Notes: generated by a model not told the origin, from the letters alone. Numbered from the stretch's first letter, positions 44,209 through 56,984 are shown. The stretch: DNA of 64,000 bases from Selaginella moellendorffii (GCF_000143415.4 NW_003314280.1:310001-374000), one strand, 5' to 3'. Translations and numbers: made by a program.

Positions 44209-45378
44209 GAATTATTTGTATAATTGGTTTTAGAGTTTAATTAATAAGAAGCATTATATTTGTGAGGTCCAAGTGTATGGGTACAATGTTGTATACTAAT
44301 ATTAGTGTAGTGGGATTTTGATAACCGTCAGATTGGTTTTAATATAAACTATGCATTTCTATATATAAATTAAGGTTTTTGGGCTAATTGATATGCATAT
44401 TTGTATATTCACTTTCCATATTCCATGCACTCACATTGGTGGAGATGAAGGGCAACCATAATTATCCTTAACAAATGATTGGATTTATGATTTTTGTTTA
44501 AATCTAACTTTTCTAGCTAGATCTAAACAAAACTCTAAATTTCATTTTTTTAATAATTTTTATAATTTCTTCTCCTTTTCTTTTTCTCCTTTTTTTTTCA
44601 TCTTCATGGTAAAGCATCAACTTCCTCCTCCTTTGATTTTGGAGCAACAATTGGTATAGTTGCTTGATGCTATATAGTTGCAATTGAATAATTAAATTTA
44701 ATTGATGGTGATATTCATAGTGTATGGTACAACTCCTCTTGCTACCAATCCTCGCGTTTGGCCAAAATTTTTCCATGGGAATTCTAGGGATAATATGTAC
44801 AATTAGTTTAATCACTTTATAGTGATTGATACCTATCATTCTTGGGATGATACTAGATTAAAACATGTTTTCAAGTGGGTATTTGGACATGTTGATGATT
44901 ATGATTATGCCTTTTAACAATTGCATTGTCTTTATCAAGGGCCATCTAAGTTAATGATGTAATTTAGCATTTACTTTTGATCGTGCGGAGCCAAATATAT
45001 TAGAATGGATCAAGTTGGGAATGTTATAGCTAGCACTTCATCAAAATCTTATAGGATTTGTGCATGCACTTACTCTAGCCACCCTTGATAATACTCTTTG
45101 ACTAGCACAATGTTATGAGATATTGTGTTTTCCACTTTTTATTGCACATCCTTCAGCTCCACTTGATATGGGAGATGGTCTTGTTCTGATAAAAGTTGAT
45201 ATTGCTATTGGTCAAGGATAGGGGCGAGGATGTGGTTGTGGCTATGATGTCGGGCATGTGATAAAGTTGGCTATACATATTGATGTCTAAACATTCTAAG
45301 TCCTACTTTTATAGTTGTTGTTGCTCACGTCAAGGTTAGGAATACAGTCTTAACCTTGAACCTCTCAAGTTTGTGTTC

Positions 45379-46541
45379 CTAAGTGTGAACTTCTGAGCTT
45401 GCCTTTTTTTTCCTCTTTCTCCACTCTCCCACAACTATCTCGTGTTGCATCCTGTAGTCACTACTCCATTGTTGCATCCTGGATAGTTGTTTCTTCATAT
45501 GGTTCTTCTTCTTCTTTATAAGTCTGGGTTGCTTCTTCGAGCACGTGGATTCTTTCTTTTGCCGCAAGCAACTCCTTGTTGAGCCTTGCATTTTCCTGCT
45601 AAAACGTTGTGCTAGGTCAAAGGATTCCTTACAGGATTTTGGAGTCGGAATTCCATGGCTGCAAATGCTCTTGATTGTGGCATTCAGTTGCTTGAAACCA
45701 TCCTCGAGTTTGGAAAGGCACTGCTCTATCGGTTTGACGAACATCTTCTTGTAGAAGCTCTCGATGCCTTCATGACTGTACACCACTAACTTAGAGTCGT
45801 GGTACTGTTGCAGGAAGTTGTGTGGGAGCTTCTGGTTGCTATGGTTGCCGTGTTTGAGCTCCTCCCATCCTCATTTCTCTGGAGTGTAGCAGCATGGAGG
45901 ATGATTGTGGAGGTGTCGCTTTGCTCCATCCTACATTCCACGGTTCTCCATCTCCTCAACTTCTTTGATTGGTGGGAGCTCTTGACTTGCCTTGTCCAAA
46001 CCATTCTCGTTGTCTTTAGCTGTTGCAGTTATCACAACCATTTCAGACTCAAGGTTGCAGTCCTGTGTTGCAGACTCAAGACTGCAACCTTGAGTCTCTG
46101 GGACCTTGTCATTAGTAATCCCTTCCTCTTGATTTTTCTCTAGTGTTGGGATCTCCTGCGCGTGATCCATCGGTTTTTCCCCGTCATGGGGTGGTTCCTC
46201 CTATGTGTTCTCATGGTCCTCAACCTCTTGTTCCTTTGGAGTTTCCTTCTTGGCTTCGTCTTGTTCATCTTTAATGTCCACTTGTTTCCTTCGCTTCCTC
46301 ATGGTTGTCCTGCTCCTCTTCCTCTGTTTCCCGTGCCTCACTTCCTTTGTCAAGGTCGACGTTCTCCTTCACTATTTTCACTTGGGCTTGAGAGACAAGC
46401 ACCAATGCCCTTTCATCGTTCATCGACAAAGCCTCGATGTATGGAAAAAGTGTTGTCATAATTTTCTTCTTACTCTCTAGTGCATTGAAAACCTGTGAGA
46501 GTTCCCTATAGATCTTGATGTAAATGTACGCTCCCAAGTCG
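45379..46541 (-). pseudogene. 3' part of the Gypsy extra ORF (downstream of the MULE insertion)
   Basis: Frame DLGAYIYIKIYRELSQVFNALES continues in frame from the 57628-58283 segment across the duplicated target site; acidic and coiled-coil fragments follow. Confidence 0.65.
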
Positions 46542-46949
46542 GGGATGGTCCAAAGTTGAGTTGAGCTCATGAGTTGAGCTCAATTCAGCTCAAGTCAATG
46601 CTAGTCAACATAGTCAACCATAAGTTTTATAAGGAAATATTAAGTCAGAAAAATGTTATTCTTTGGTGAACTTGAAATTTATGAGTTTAAGTATCAATGG
46701 TTCAGAGAGATTTTTATTTTTTGAATCTTTCTAATGCAGTTTATACAATTTCTAGAATTAGAAGTTCGTCTGAACCCATAGAATTTTTTGGGCTTTATTG
46801 GTCCCAAATAAAATGGGAATATTGAAGTTCGAATGAACCAGAAAATTTCTATTGTCCATTTCAACATTTTAACATTTCAACAATTGACCAGAAATATATA
46901 AATAATTCGAAACACTGATTCACTCGTTCATTCTTTAGGGTTTACAGAG

Positions 46950-47195
46950 ATGGGAAGCAAGGAAGACAAAAAATCTGTAAGTAGTTCTAGCATACAGAAA
47001 TGTGAGAATGTGAATTTTGTTTCACTACCACAATCTCCATATTACACGCCTGGTCCTTATTACCCATCCGGGAATGTGGAGACCACTGTCACTATTGATA
47101 AAAATGCTCCTGTTACTTCCGAAACAACAATCCAGAGCAAGAGAAAAGAAGAAATGGACAGCACAGCGGAAAGCACTAATAAATCCACTCTATAA
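46950..47195 (+). CDS. Small MULE accessory ORF (81 aa), unknown function
   Basis: ATG start with TATATAAAT ~50 bp upstream; Ser/Pro/Tyr-rich; no recognisable domain. Confidence 0.35.
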   Translation: MGSKEDKKSVSSSSIQKCENVNFVSLPQSPYYTPGPYYPSGNVETTVTIDKNAPVTSETTIQSKRKEEMDSTAESTNKSTL

Positions 47196-47636
47196 ACCTT
47201 TCAATGGCTTTTGTAATCCACTAAAATATTATAAAAAAATGTAAGTTTTTTATATATATCTTATTCCTTTTGATATGTTTTGTCTTTGCAAAGATATATG
47301 ATGTAGACAAATCAAAGAATTAAATCTATATATGATTTTGGGATTGAAAGGTAATCTTGTAAAAAGGCATACTCGCGTGCTTGTGTATATTCGCTATTAT
47401 TATATATGGCAGGCCAACTATATAAAATAAGGCTACATATTAATTATATGCTAGTTTTTAGCTTCTGAAACCCTATAGCCACTTGTTTCTCATAGTAGGT
47501 TGTAATTACTAAAACTGACAATTATCATTCACTATAGTGTCATGTCATAATAAAACATCATTCCCGAGATTGAAATATAGTATATTAATGAGAGAATTTT
47601 TATTGCTAGGAAGTTTAATTCTTCTTGTGTGTTGCA

Positions 47637-48191
47637 ATGGTTAGGAAGAAGTTTACTTTTGGTCCCGAAGGCCTCTCATATGAGTCTCCACCTCCATCTC
47701 CAATCTCAACCAATAATCCACCTTCACCTCTACGTAACAATCCTCCTTTTCATTTTGAGGGCTATTGTGAGGCTCTTCCATTTGCGACCTCGAGTGCAAC
47801 TGAACAAAAACTCCTTCCTTATGATGTTGTTAAAAAAGTTATATTGCCTCCAATCCTTCAAGAGCGATGTCAATATTTTCTTCAAGATCTTGCTCCAGAT
47901 ATGGCAGGGGAGCTTAATGTAGATACATATTATCTTCAGTGTCCTATATGCAACTTTTATTTAAACAAGACAGATGGTTGCATGGGTTTGGTAAATTTTA
48001 TTGAGCATTGTCGCAAATGCCCAAGAGCGGGTTTGGAAGGTGTGCACGCGTGGATGTATAAGAAAATCAAGAAAGAATTAAAAACACACAGCTATTATGA
48101 TTTCATGGTGGAGAACAATATTCCATTGGTGAACACTGCATCAGTAAGTGCTGAATATGGGATATTTAGGCCACCCTTTAATGTAATGTGA
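47637..48191 (+). CDS. MULE accessory ORF with putative Zn-binding motif
   Basis: Open ~184 codons in AT-rich DNA; CPIC...HCRKC...H motif; has a paralog at 48450. Confidence 0.55.
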   Translation: MVRKKFTFGPEGLSYESPPPSPISTNNPPSPLRNNPPFHFEGYCEALPFATSSATEQKLLPYDVVKKVILPPILQERCQYFLQDLAPDMAGELNVDTYYLQCPICNFYLNKTDGCMGLVNFIEHCRKCPRAGLEGVHAWMYKKIKKELKTHSYYDFMVENNIPLVNTASVSAEYGIFRPPFNVM

Positions 48192-48449
48192 AAGTCATGC
48201 ATAGTTTTTTCAAAAGGTTAATTCTTTATGAGTAAAGTGGAGAATCTTATATTTTCGAGAATGATATTATTCTAGCATGTATAAAGATATTATTATATAT
48301 ACAAGTGGTTCTGACACTGTTATAATTCTGAAGTCCCATTTTTGAGACTGACAATTTAAACTTTCAAGAACCCCTAGATCTTTTCTTAGTATAAATACCA
48401 ACAAGGGATGCTTTCAACATTGAAATTTCAGTTTGTTTAGAGTGTAGGA

Positions 48450-48728
48450 ATGGCTAGGGAAAATGCTATTGCTACTCGCACTTGGCCCCCATGCATCTCA
48501 TATGAGTCTCCACCTCCGTCTCCAACTTCTACCAACATTCCACCCTTCCCTCCATACATCAATCGTTGTGAGGCCTTTTCTTTTGTAGCCCCAAGTGTGA
48601 CTGAACAAGAGATCCCTCTTCCAGATAATGTTCTAGATGTTGCTACTAAAGATGGATTGCCTCATGTGCTTCAAGAGCGATGCCAGATGTTTCTTCAAGA
48701 TCTTGCTCCCGATATGGTTAAACTTTGA
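48450..48728 (+). pseudogene. Truncated tandem paralog of the 47637 ORF
   Basis: Shares SYESPPPSP, CEA, TEQ and LQERCQxFLQDLAPDM with the upstream ORF; similarity stops abruptly at ~48718. Confidence 0.65.
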
Positions 48729-51700
48729 TCTACCAGAGTCACGTGCTGCTTCGACCATCGAACCACTACCTGCTGTGCAATCGATGACAACACCTCTAGT
48801 TGGGCAATAAAGCTCAAGTAGGACATGCATCGCCGATGGAGATCGGAACCGATACCCAGACAATGTGTTGCGGATGTCGTCGTCTATGAGATTTGGTATG
48901 ATGTCAGTAAAGCTGTCATACCCTGGCAAAACCCTTGCAGCACGCTCGCTATCACGAAAACCGTCATTTTCTTTTCTGCAAAACACATGGTAGGTCCACA
49001 TCATAACCTGAATAATAAAACTTTAAGAGACAACCAAAACAGAAAATGATTTCTTACCTTCTCTGGCATGCCTAGGACACCTTTGGTCTCGACCCCAACA
49101 CTATCCATGATGCATCCGGAAGAGAACCTCTTGAAGTTGACTCGACTTGCATACCTCATAAGGCAGGACATCCAATGGGGGTCATTCGGGAGAATGAAGG
49201 CAACTTGACCGGTTGTGTGAAAGAGAATTGCTGCCAAAAGGAATGCATCCTTCAAGTGGTCTTTAGTCAGGTTGTTCCAGCTTGGGACATCACCATTAGC
49301 GTCTGGAAGACCATCTGGCATGTCAAAGAGCATGAAGTTTGTGCTCTTGAGCGGTCGCCTATGGATCTTCTGACAAAAGCGCTCCCACTTTTGCCGGATA
49401 GCCATATTCTCAGCATCCTCCTCAAAAGATGCCATCAATGAACTATAGGAGCCAATAAAGATCCCAACTTCACCACGGAATGCCACTGGAGATACAGGGC
49501 GAATCTAGGGGGAGAAGACAAAGATAAGATGTGAATTTAAGAAAAATTTACATACCGTCATGTGGCGTGTGGTAGATGTAAGTTCCTCCAAGTCCTCTTC
49601 TCGAGCATCAAGACGAGCTGGAATGAAGTTACTCCCGACAGTTTTTGCTGCAACCATTTTGAGGAACTAAGAAAAGGAGAGAATAAAAAGAAATATACCT
49701 CGAGAAGTCCTCGGTTACGGGGATGTTTTGGACGATCATCATCACTGTTGACTAATTCCTCCAGATGTGGACTTGCTCGCTTTCGTTGAGGTAGAACTTC
49801 TTGGACGTTCTGGTTCTCTTGCTCGACTTCGTCTCGAAGAATCTCGTTCTCACCGCCATCTTCACTCTGCTCGCCATTGGCACCAACAGGGTCGACATTC
49901 TCATGGCCATCATCTTCGTCATCATTGTTGCCTCTTGCAGCCTCATGGTGGGTTGGTTCATAATCTGGCATCTCCAATTCCCAAGGACAAGCGCGCTTTA
50001 TTGCTGCTGGAAACTTCATTGTTGTCGGGTACATGCCTCCATCTCTCACACCATGCCTCAGGAGGCGTGTGCATACCAGTGTTTCGAGAGGAACGCTTCT
50101 ATATTGGAGATACCTATAATAGAATATAAACAATTGAGTATAGTTGAGAAATTGTATGTTACCTGAAAGCCGCTCGACGCATGAAGTAAGGTTGGCCAAG
50201 TTGTTTCTCAAATGGAGTCGTGCTTGTGGCCTTCTTTGGCAGCCAGTCCTCTCCAAGTTTTGTAAGCTCAATGGTGACGAAGTCCTTAAATGGAAGTTGC
50301 TCAGGATCATCCCCTATGAAAGGCGCTAGAAACATCTCCCCTTCATATACAGTTTGTGAAATGTAGACGGTCCTCCTCATCACAGTCTCCATCATACTAT
50401 CCAAACCTTTTTCTCCTTCCCTGAGTCTGCTATTGAGGTTGTTCAGAATGTGTATCTATTCCTCATATGTAAGCTTTGACTTTGAGATGTTGTAAATAAT
50501 CTCATCTGGAGTTTTGCCCACTAAAAAATAACTTTTGTGAGAACCTTCATGTAAATATAAACAATACTTACTTTCATGACAAGCAATCTTTGTTATAATA
50601 TCGAACCACTCCTTTGGGCGTCGAGGGTCAGCCACACTAAGTAATTTCTTTACCTTTGTCTTCTTTGTGGTGTTGATTTTCTTGTCAATTGCAGCTAAAT
50701 GCTCTGAGAGTTCTTGATCATTTTCAGCTCGATGCGACTGTGCATATGCATCTTGCTTAACCTTCACCAATGGCTGAAGACAACACAAACATTCTATGAT
50801 AAGAAGTATACTTAAAAGAACATACCTTACTCCACACAGCTGTCATAAAAGCCACTGGATTCTTGTACCATCTATTGGCATCCTGACGACCTCGTTGATG
50901 TCGAATAAGTGATGCTAAATCATCACCATAGTGGCTGCGGACTGCATCCTCGTCGAGATTGGCAAGAAACCGGATCTGCTCCATATCATGTACTAGGCTT
51001 TGTTTCTGCACTGCAAACTGTCCCAGTCTGCAAAACATAAATTGTTAAAAGTGATTGAAGAAGGAGAGGTACTTACGCATTAATTTTGTGGCAAGCTATC
51101 ACAAGCCTTGCCAAATCTAGAGATCCTCTCGCGTGTACATGTCCAACCGGAACATTGATGTGATAGACAGGATCATCTCGGAAGCATTCTCGGATGCACT
51201 TCATCCACGCGCACCAGCGATGATTCCCGTCGATAATGTAGAACATTTTCCCCACAAATTGTTGAGTCTCAGGATGGCTCATAAGGTTGTTGTCAAATTC
51301 GCGGGACTTCATTTTCCAAATGTCATCCCAATCCCTCTCGATTTCCGGTGACACCGAGAGGGTATTTGTCGTTCCTGGCTTGAAAACTGAAACAAGGAAC
51401 ATACCTATGTTTGTCCCAAGGCCATTCTGTTTGTACAGACTATAGATGTCCATGTTGACGAAGTGCGGTGAAGCAGACCGAACGATGCTTGTCTAAGTGA
51501 ATCGACATAGTGGGATTTCTCGGATCATGTGCCCCGGGCCTTCCCACTTGAGAGACTCCAAAGTCGTGTGAATGGCCTTCTCTTTAGTTCTCAAAACTGT
51601 CTCTTGGAAGCGCTTGTCGACAATGTGTTCAGGTAGCTCCACTTCTCTTTCAGCTTCAGCTACACCTCCAGTAGCACCATTATCAGATCTATCCCCTGAC

Positions 51701-52853
51701 TCGGGCCCAACACCGCCATCAGGCGCACTTGGGCACTGCTCCGTTTCTGCCATATTTTGTGAATATGTTAAGAGTAGTGGCATTTGTGGTTGTGGCAGTA
51801 ATGGTAGTGATGACAATGGTTGCGCTGGTGGTGGTGATGACAATGGTTGCACTGGTGGTGGTGATGATGGTGACGGTGGTGGTGGTAATGGTGGTGATGA
51901 CGGTGGTGGTGGTAATGGTGGTGATGACGGTGGTGGTAATGGTGGTGATGAAGGTAAAGGTGGCGGTGGTGGTAATGGTGGTGGCGGTGGTGGCGGTGGT
52001 AATGGTGGTGGTGGCATCGATGGCGGTGGTGGGGGTGCATGTGGACTGGAGCTATGTGGTTGGGAAGACGGTAGAGTTGTTGTTGTGGAAATCTCTATCT
52101 GAAGGTCAACTTGATTGTCATCCTGGATCTCATCTTCCTCATGTCTTCTCCTTAATCCAACATCCTTCTCCTTTTGTAGTTGCTTCCGTTTCTGAAAATA
52201 AAAAAAACTCATTATAAATTATAAATGCATAAGAAGAGGGGAACAGGGCGTGGGCTCGGTGCACGCCTCCCCCAAGCACCTTGGCCGGCCCGCGCCAAGA
52301 CTGCCCGCGAGCCGGCCTTGGCGCTTGGAGGTGGGCCGGTTCGCTGGCGTACCGGCCCTCCTCCAAGTGCCAAGGCTGGCTCGCGGGCTGTTGGCCTTGG
52401 CGCTTGGTGCGGGCGCCGGTCTGCCCCCAAGTGCCAAGGCCGGCTCGGGCCAAATGCCCGGGCCAGGCACTTGGCAGCGGCGGTGCTGGGCAGCAGTGGC
52501 CCTAGGCAGTGCGGCGCTGGCGTGGCGTGGCGTCGGCACGGCAGCAGCGGCAGGCAGCGGCGGCATGGCAGCGGCGGTGCTGGGCAGTGGCGGCACGGCA
52601 GCGGCGGCATGGCAGTGGCGGTGCTGGGCAGGCAGCACTGCGCTGGGCGTGGCATGGCAGTGGGCAGCGCTCGGCAGCCCTGGGCAGTGGCGGTGCTGGG
52701 CATGGCGTGGTGTGCGCAGCGTGGCGGCGCTGGGCATGGCGTGGGCGCGGGGGCGCTGGGTGCGGCGGCGCTGGGCGGGGAGGAGAGGGAGTGGAGGAGA
52801 GGGAGTGGAGGAGAGGGAGTGGAGAAGGAGGAAAAACTTACTCTTGGCGGCAT
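48720..52853 (-). pseudogene. Spliced MULE cargo gene: Pro-rich linker + ParB/Srx-like domain + beta-class N6A/N4C DNA methyltransferase-like domain
   Basis: About 8 exons with GT-AG introns starting MPPR|KRKQ; FYIIDGNHRWCAW (ParB motif, ~51217-51237); FDMPDG (motif IV-like, 49313-49324); RSPSAMHVLLELYCPTRGVVIDCTAGSGSMVEAARDSGR (motifs X and I). In-frame TAG at 51493 and 50456; 3' end truncated. Confidence 0.7.
52303..52441. repeat. GC-rich inverted repeats (hairpins) in intron 1 of the ParB-MTase gene
   Basis: 38-bp arms 52303-52340 and 52351-52388 with 3 mismatches; a second related hairpin at ~52393-52441. Confidence 0.8.
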
Positions 52854-53659
52854 TCTGTTCCCGCAGTCACTCTCAATCTCCCGCGATACTTTCTGTAAAA
52901 CCCTAACGCCGGCAGCTGCCCTAACCCTAACCTAACTTTCATCACAGCCGTTCATCATGGATGCAGTAAATCTTCACTGTACAATAAATAATAAATCTAG
53001 CACTGTACAATTTCTATTCCGCCCTAGATTTGATCACGTGACAAAGTCCTTTTGAATTGTAATTTAATAATGGAGGTGTGCTCTAATATGACTATGTCAT
53101 AATGTGAAATAATGTCACAGACGCATGTGTTGAATTGATCACAGTACGAAATTGTTAGAAAATATAAGATTATTAAATCGTAAGGTGTTATTTCCAAAGT
53201 AATGTATATAGATAATTTACTATAGGTGATAGATGGTAGTACAAAGATGGAATATATTTAAATGAGTTCAGAAGAATGTGATGATTTCTAGCTTTAATGA
53301 AGTACTGAAAATATGTACAATATTTAATTTATTTGGCAACAATTGGTTGATGGTAGATCCTAGAATAAAATCATTCCTATCTTTCATATTATGGCACATG
53401 CTTGACGTGATATTTCTTTCCATTCTACCAAAAGTTAGTGCATATAATAAATTTGAGTATGTTTTTGAATTCAATGTATATAGACTTTTAATATTGTACA
53501 ACATAGTCCTATATACTTCATACAGAATTTATTATAACAACATTATTCGATGTTAGATCCTAGAATAAAATCGCCCTATCTTTTCACATAATGGCATAGC
53601 ACATGTGAGGTGACATTTCGTTATAAAAGTTCAAAGTTCCAAAACCTAAAGGCAACAAA

Positions 53660-56600
53660 ATGGAGGGCTTCTTTTTGCATTACCAAGATCACCCACCGCT
53701 TTCTATCTCCCAGAGTCTTATTTCAGAAAGTTTTCTTTGCCGACGTTTCGATCTTTCTCTCGGTTCTATTTCATTGGAAGCTGTGATTCGCAACAACATT
53801 GGTGTAGTTGAACGATCGGAGTTTCTTCTTTCGGGTGTAGGTGAAGGTGGACAACATTGGGATTTGCAACATTCCAAGTCGAAAGAGATTCGAGTTTTTG
53901 GATCTCCAATCAAAGTGCGAGGTTGTGATCCTGCTAAAGTGAATGTGAAGCAAGAGTCGGTCGTCATCATTTCTTCCTCTTCTAGTTCTAGTGGAGATGT
54001 TAGTCCAGTGCGAGCCAAGAATTTCCAAACTCCAACTTCACTGATATTCCAAGCTGTTTGCAACGCTTTCCAGTTTTCCCGCCTCTCTATCGACGTGCGT
54101 TCCTTTCTGCATAGGCTCGTTAGCAAGCTCCCTTCTACATACAATGGCAATATCTTCTTTGAACTACCACCTCTTGTCAGCTCAAAACGAAAGGGGATGG
54201 AGACAAAGCAGGATGTCCATAACTGGTGCAAGATCAAGACCACACATTTCCAGCATTTTGAAGGCACAGTGTCTATGGTTCATTGTGGTGGGTATTTGGA
54301 TTGTGTGAATAAAGCATGCAATCAAGAGCGTGGTAAAAACTCCATATTTTTTGAAGGATCTGCAACCAATCCTCCCCTCTGTGACACCATTGGTGTTGGA
54401 TTCAAGTGTCGATTTTGCAAGAATGCTCCATTGTGTCGTGCCATCTGCGGGGCCAAGATGTACTATTTTCTTCCACGGGATGGAGAGGTTGGTAGAGCTG
54501 CAGTACATATTGGCACGCACACACATCCAATGCAGGAAGGGATACAAAGGAGTTCAGTCAACCATTTCAAAGATGCAGTGCAGATAGAGACTGTGAGAAA
54601 CTCATCTGCAACTCCGAAGCATGTTCAGAAGACAGTGCTCAAGGATTTTATTGCAAATACTTTACTTGATCCGGACTACAAGAATACTCAACTAGATGAG
54701 GCTAGCTTGCGGGAGTTACTACGACATGTGCAACCTGCAACTAGCCTTAGAAGGTATGAAAATATTATTACATACTTTTCAATAATATCTCTCTTACATT
54801 TTGTTTTATTTAGGATAAAGTCTTGGATGTGTGAATCTCGAGAGGGGAAACTCCAATCAAAAATCGACTCAATCCTTGAACTAAAACGGACTTGTCCCTA
54901 TGAGTTTATCCATGGGAGTTTATTTCCAGATCAAGTCGTTAGTGAGCAAGAGCGCCCCTTCGTTTTCAAAATGTCTACCATGGGCCCTGCCTCTGGTGTG
55001 GACCTTGTTTCCCGAATGGATATGTCTGGGTTGAGTGACCTTGCTAATGCATGGGTACATTTTGACCATATGGAGCGGGTGGCAGGTTGGACAACCATGG
55101 GAGCTCATGTGTATGATCCAAGGTAGTTTTTTTTCTCATTATCTTAAAATGGTTTTAAACATTGCACTTTTCACAGGCTACGTTGTAACTTGACAATTGC
55201 AACGGCAGAGTTTAAAGTACAAGACCAGATGGCTCAAGAAATATTTTGGAAGTCCCTCTCCGACATTGTATTGAAGCGGACTGGTAAGCCTGCCAACTTT
55301 CGCGGTTTCATGGCAGATGGGGCTGGGGCTAATTGGAATGGTGTCCGGGCAGTCTTTGGGAATGGTCTACCCCTAGAAGGTCGTGAGAGGACATGTGAGT
55401 TCCATTGGGCTCAGAGCCTAAACCAACACTGCCACCTTATCAAGCCAGATTTCCAATTAGCATTTAAGGAGTTGTGCAAACAATGGCAAGCTGCACCTTC
55501 TGAAGAAGAGCATGAGGCAAAAGCAAACGAGATTCGAATGTGGTGGCGTGAAGATGGCCATACTGACGTAAGTTGTCTACCACAACTTGAGTCGTGGTTG
55601 GGGTGGTGGGAAGTTAGAATGTTCCAATGGGGACATCACTCTTTTCAGGTTGGTTTTTCTTTTTTTCCTCTCTTTTTATTGCTTTTTAATATCATCTTTT
55701 TATAAGGATCAACCACTTGAGGATCTTGCATACACCCCAACTGTGAATCTCTCAGAGAGTAAACATTGGAGCTGGCGTTCCTCTGAGGCAGGGAAAGGGA
55801 AGATGAGTCTATATGAAGCATGTCTATCAGATTTGATACGCGCTGTAGAGCAGTCTTCAAAAGCTTTGGCATTTGAGGAAGGAAGATACATGGGAACAGG
55901 ACCTTCGGTTGAGATGTTACACGATCGGATGAAGAAGAAAGTGACTCCACCAGCACGAACAATAGCAACTGCAGTGGAGGAAGTGGTCCGCGGCACATCT
56001 ATGGAGTACACTCCTCGGGCTTCTATTGGTGATATGAAGACCGTCCGCTCAAAGCGTCGATTTTCTTTTGCTGGTGAAGATGTTGGCACGGATCTTGGAG
56101 CAAAAAGCTCTCACAGGCCTGATGTTGAGTATCATTCTGCTCCAAGACATCGCCCCAGAACCGAACCACCTCAAGTGGCTGATGAAGAAAGTGCATCACA
56201 GCAGGTTGAAATTGCTTATCGTAGTGTGGAGCCGAAGCAATGGGCAATCCGTCGAGTGCCAGCGAAATCAAATGTAAGGTGTGTGGGGATGCTTCCAAGG
56301 GGCAAGTGTTGGGCTTGGATCCGTGGTGATAAGTCTGCTTCTGTTCCAGCCCCATGTTTCCATGGGGAACGAAAGCAAGCAGGATTTTCAAGATGGTGTT
56401 GGTTATATTGCTGCAACTCTGATGTCAACCATACAAAGCGGCTTGAAGACACTATAGTGACTAAACCTAATGCAGTACCTAAAGAATGGCCGGTTGCTAA
56501 TGGGGTTGCGCTCACCTTGGATGAGATTGAAAACCTTGAGAAATCTGGTTTCAATCTTGAGAGGAGAGTTGGAGATATGAGTGACAGAACCAAAACTATT

Positions 56601-56984
56601 CCTACAGAGATGCACAGGAGGCCAGCACGAAAAGGTAAGGCAGTTAAATTTATTGGTACCGTCTCCAAGCAGAAGCAAGGTAAAATAAACTTGGCTTAAA
56701 CACTTGAGTGTGAGATTCTCTCCATGAAGTACATCACTGCGCTCGCAAAGGAGTACACAGTCAAAACAGAAGGTGGAGAGTACACAATTGCCATTCAAGA
56801 CTTTCCTTCTTGCACATGTCCAGACTTTACGAAGCGCGAGGAACATGGGAAGGCATATGCTCCTTGCAAGCATATGTACTACATCTTCATCAACATCTTG
56901 CACCAGGATCCTAAAGTGGATATTCATATACACCAAGCAAGCCTTACTATTGCTGAGTTGCAGAAAACTTTTGGAGCTAATTAG
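53660..56984 (+). pseudogene. Mutator-family DDE transposase with N-terminal WRKY/GCM-like Zn finger and C-terminal SWIM finger
   Basis: C..C..CxxC..C..HxH finger ending HIGTHTHP; catalytic WVHFD, GFMAD, CEFHW (CxxH) and NLSES; SWIM CTCPDF...CKHMYY; introns ~54754-54812, 55123-55176, 55649-55706; in-frame TAA at 56697-56699. Confidence 0.88.

Noticed and set aside
44230-45300. Putative 3' LTR of the Gypsy element
   Set aside because: The position fits, but the partner LTR is outside the window and the PPT and termini are too degraded to call.
46556-46595. Repeated GAGTTGAGCTCA units as a possible CRISPR-like array
   Set aside because: No unique spacers; these are subterminal motifs mirrored at the other MULE end.
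51572-52217. Gly-rich and Val-rich ORFs on the + strand
   Set aside because: Antisense readings of the poly-proline exon of the ParB-MTase gene.
52212-52935. Several 170-240 aa Ala/Gly/Pro/Arg-rich ORFs
   Set aside because: They are translations of the GC-rich repeat intron; splice signals (GTAAGT ... TTTTCAG) explain the region better.
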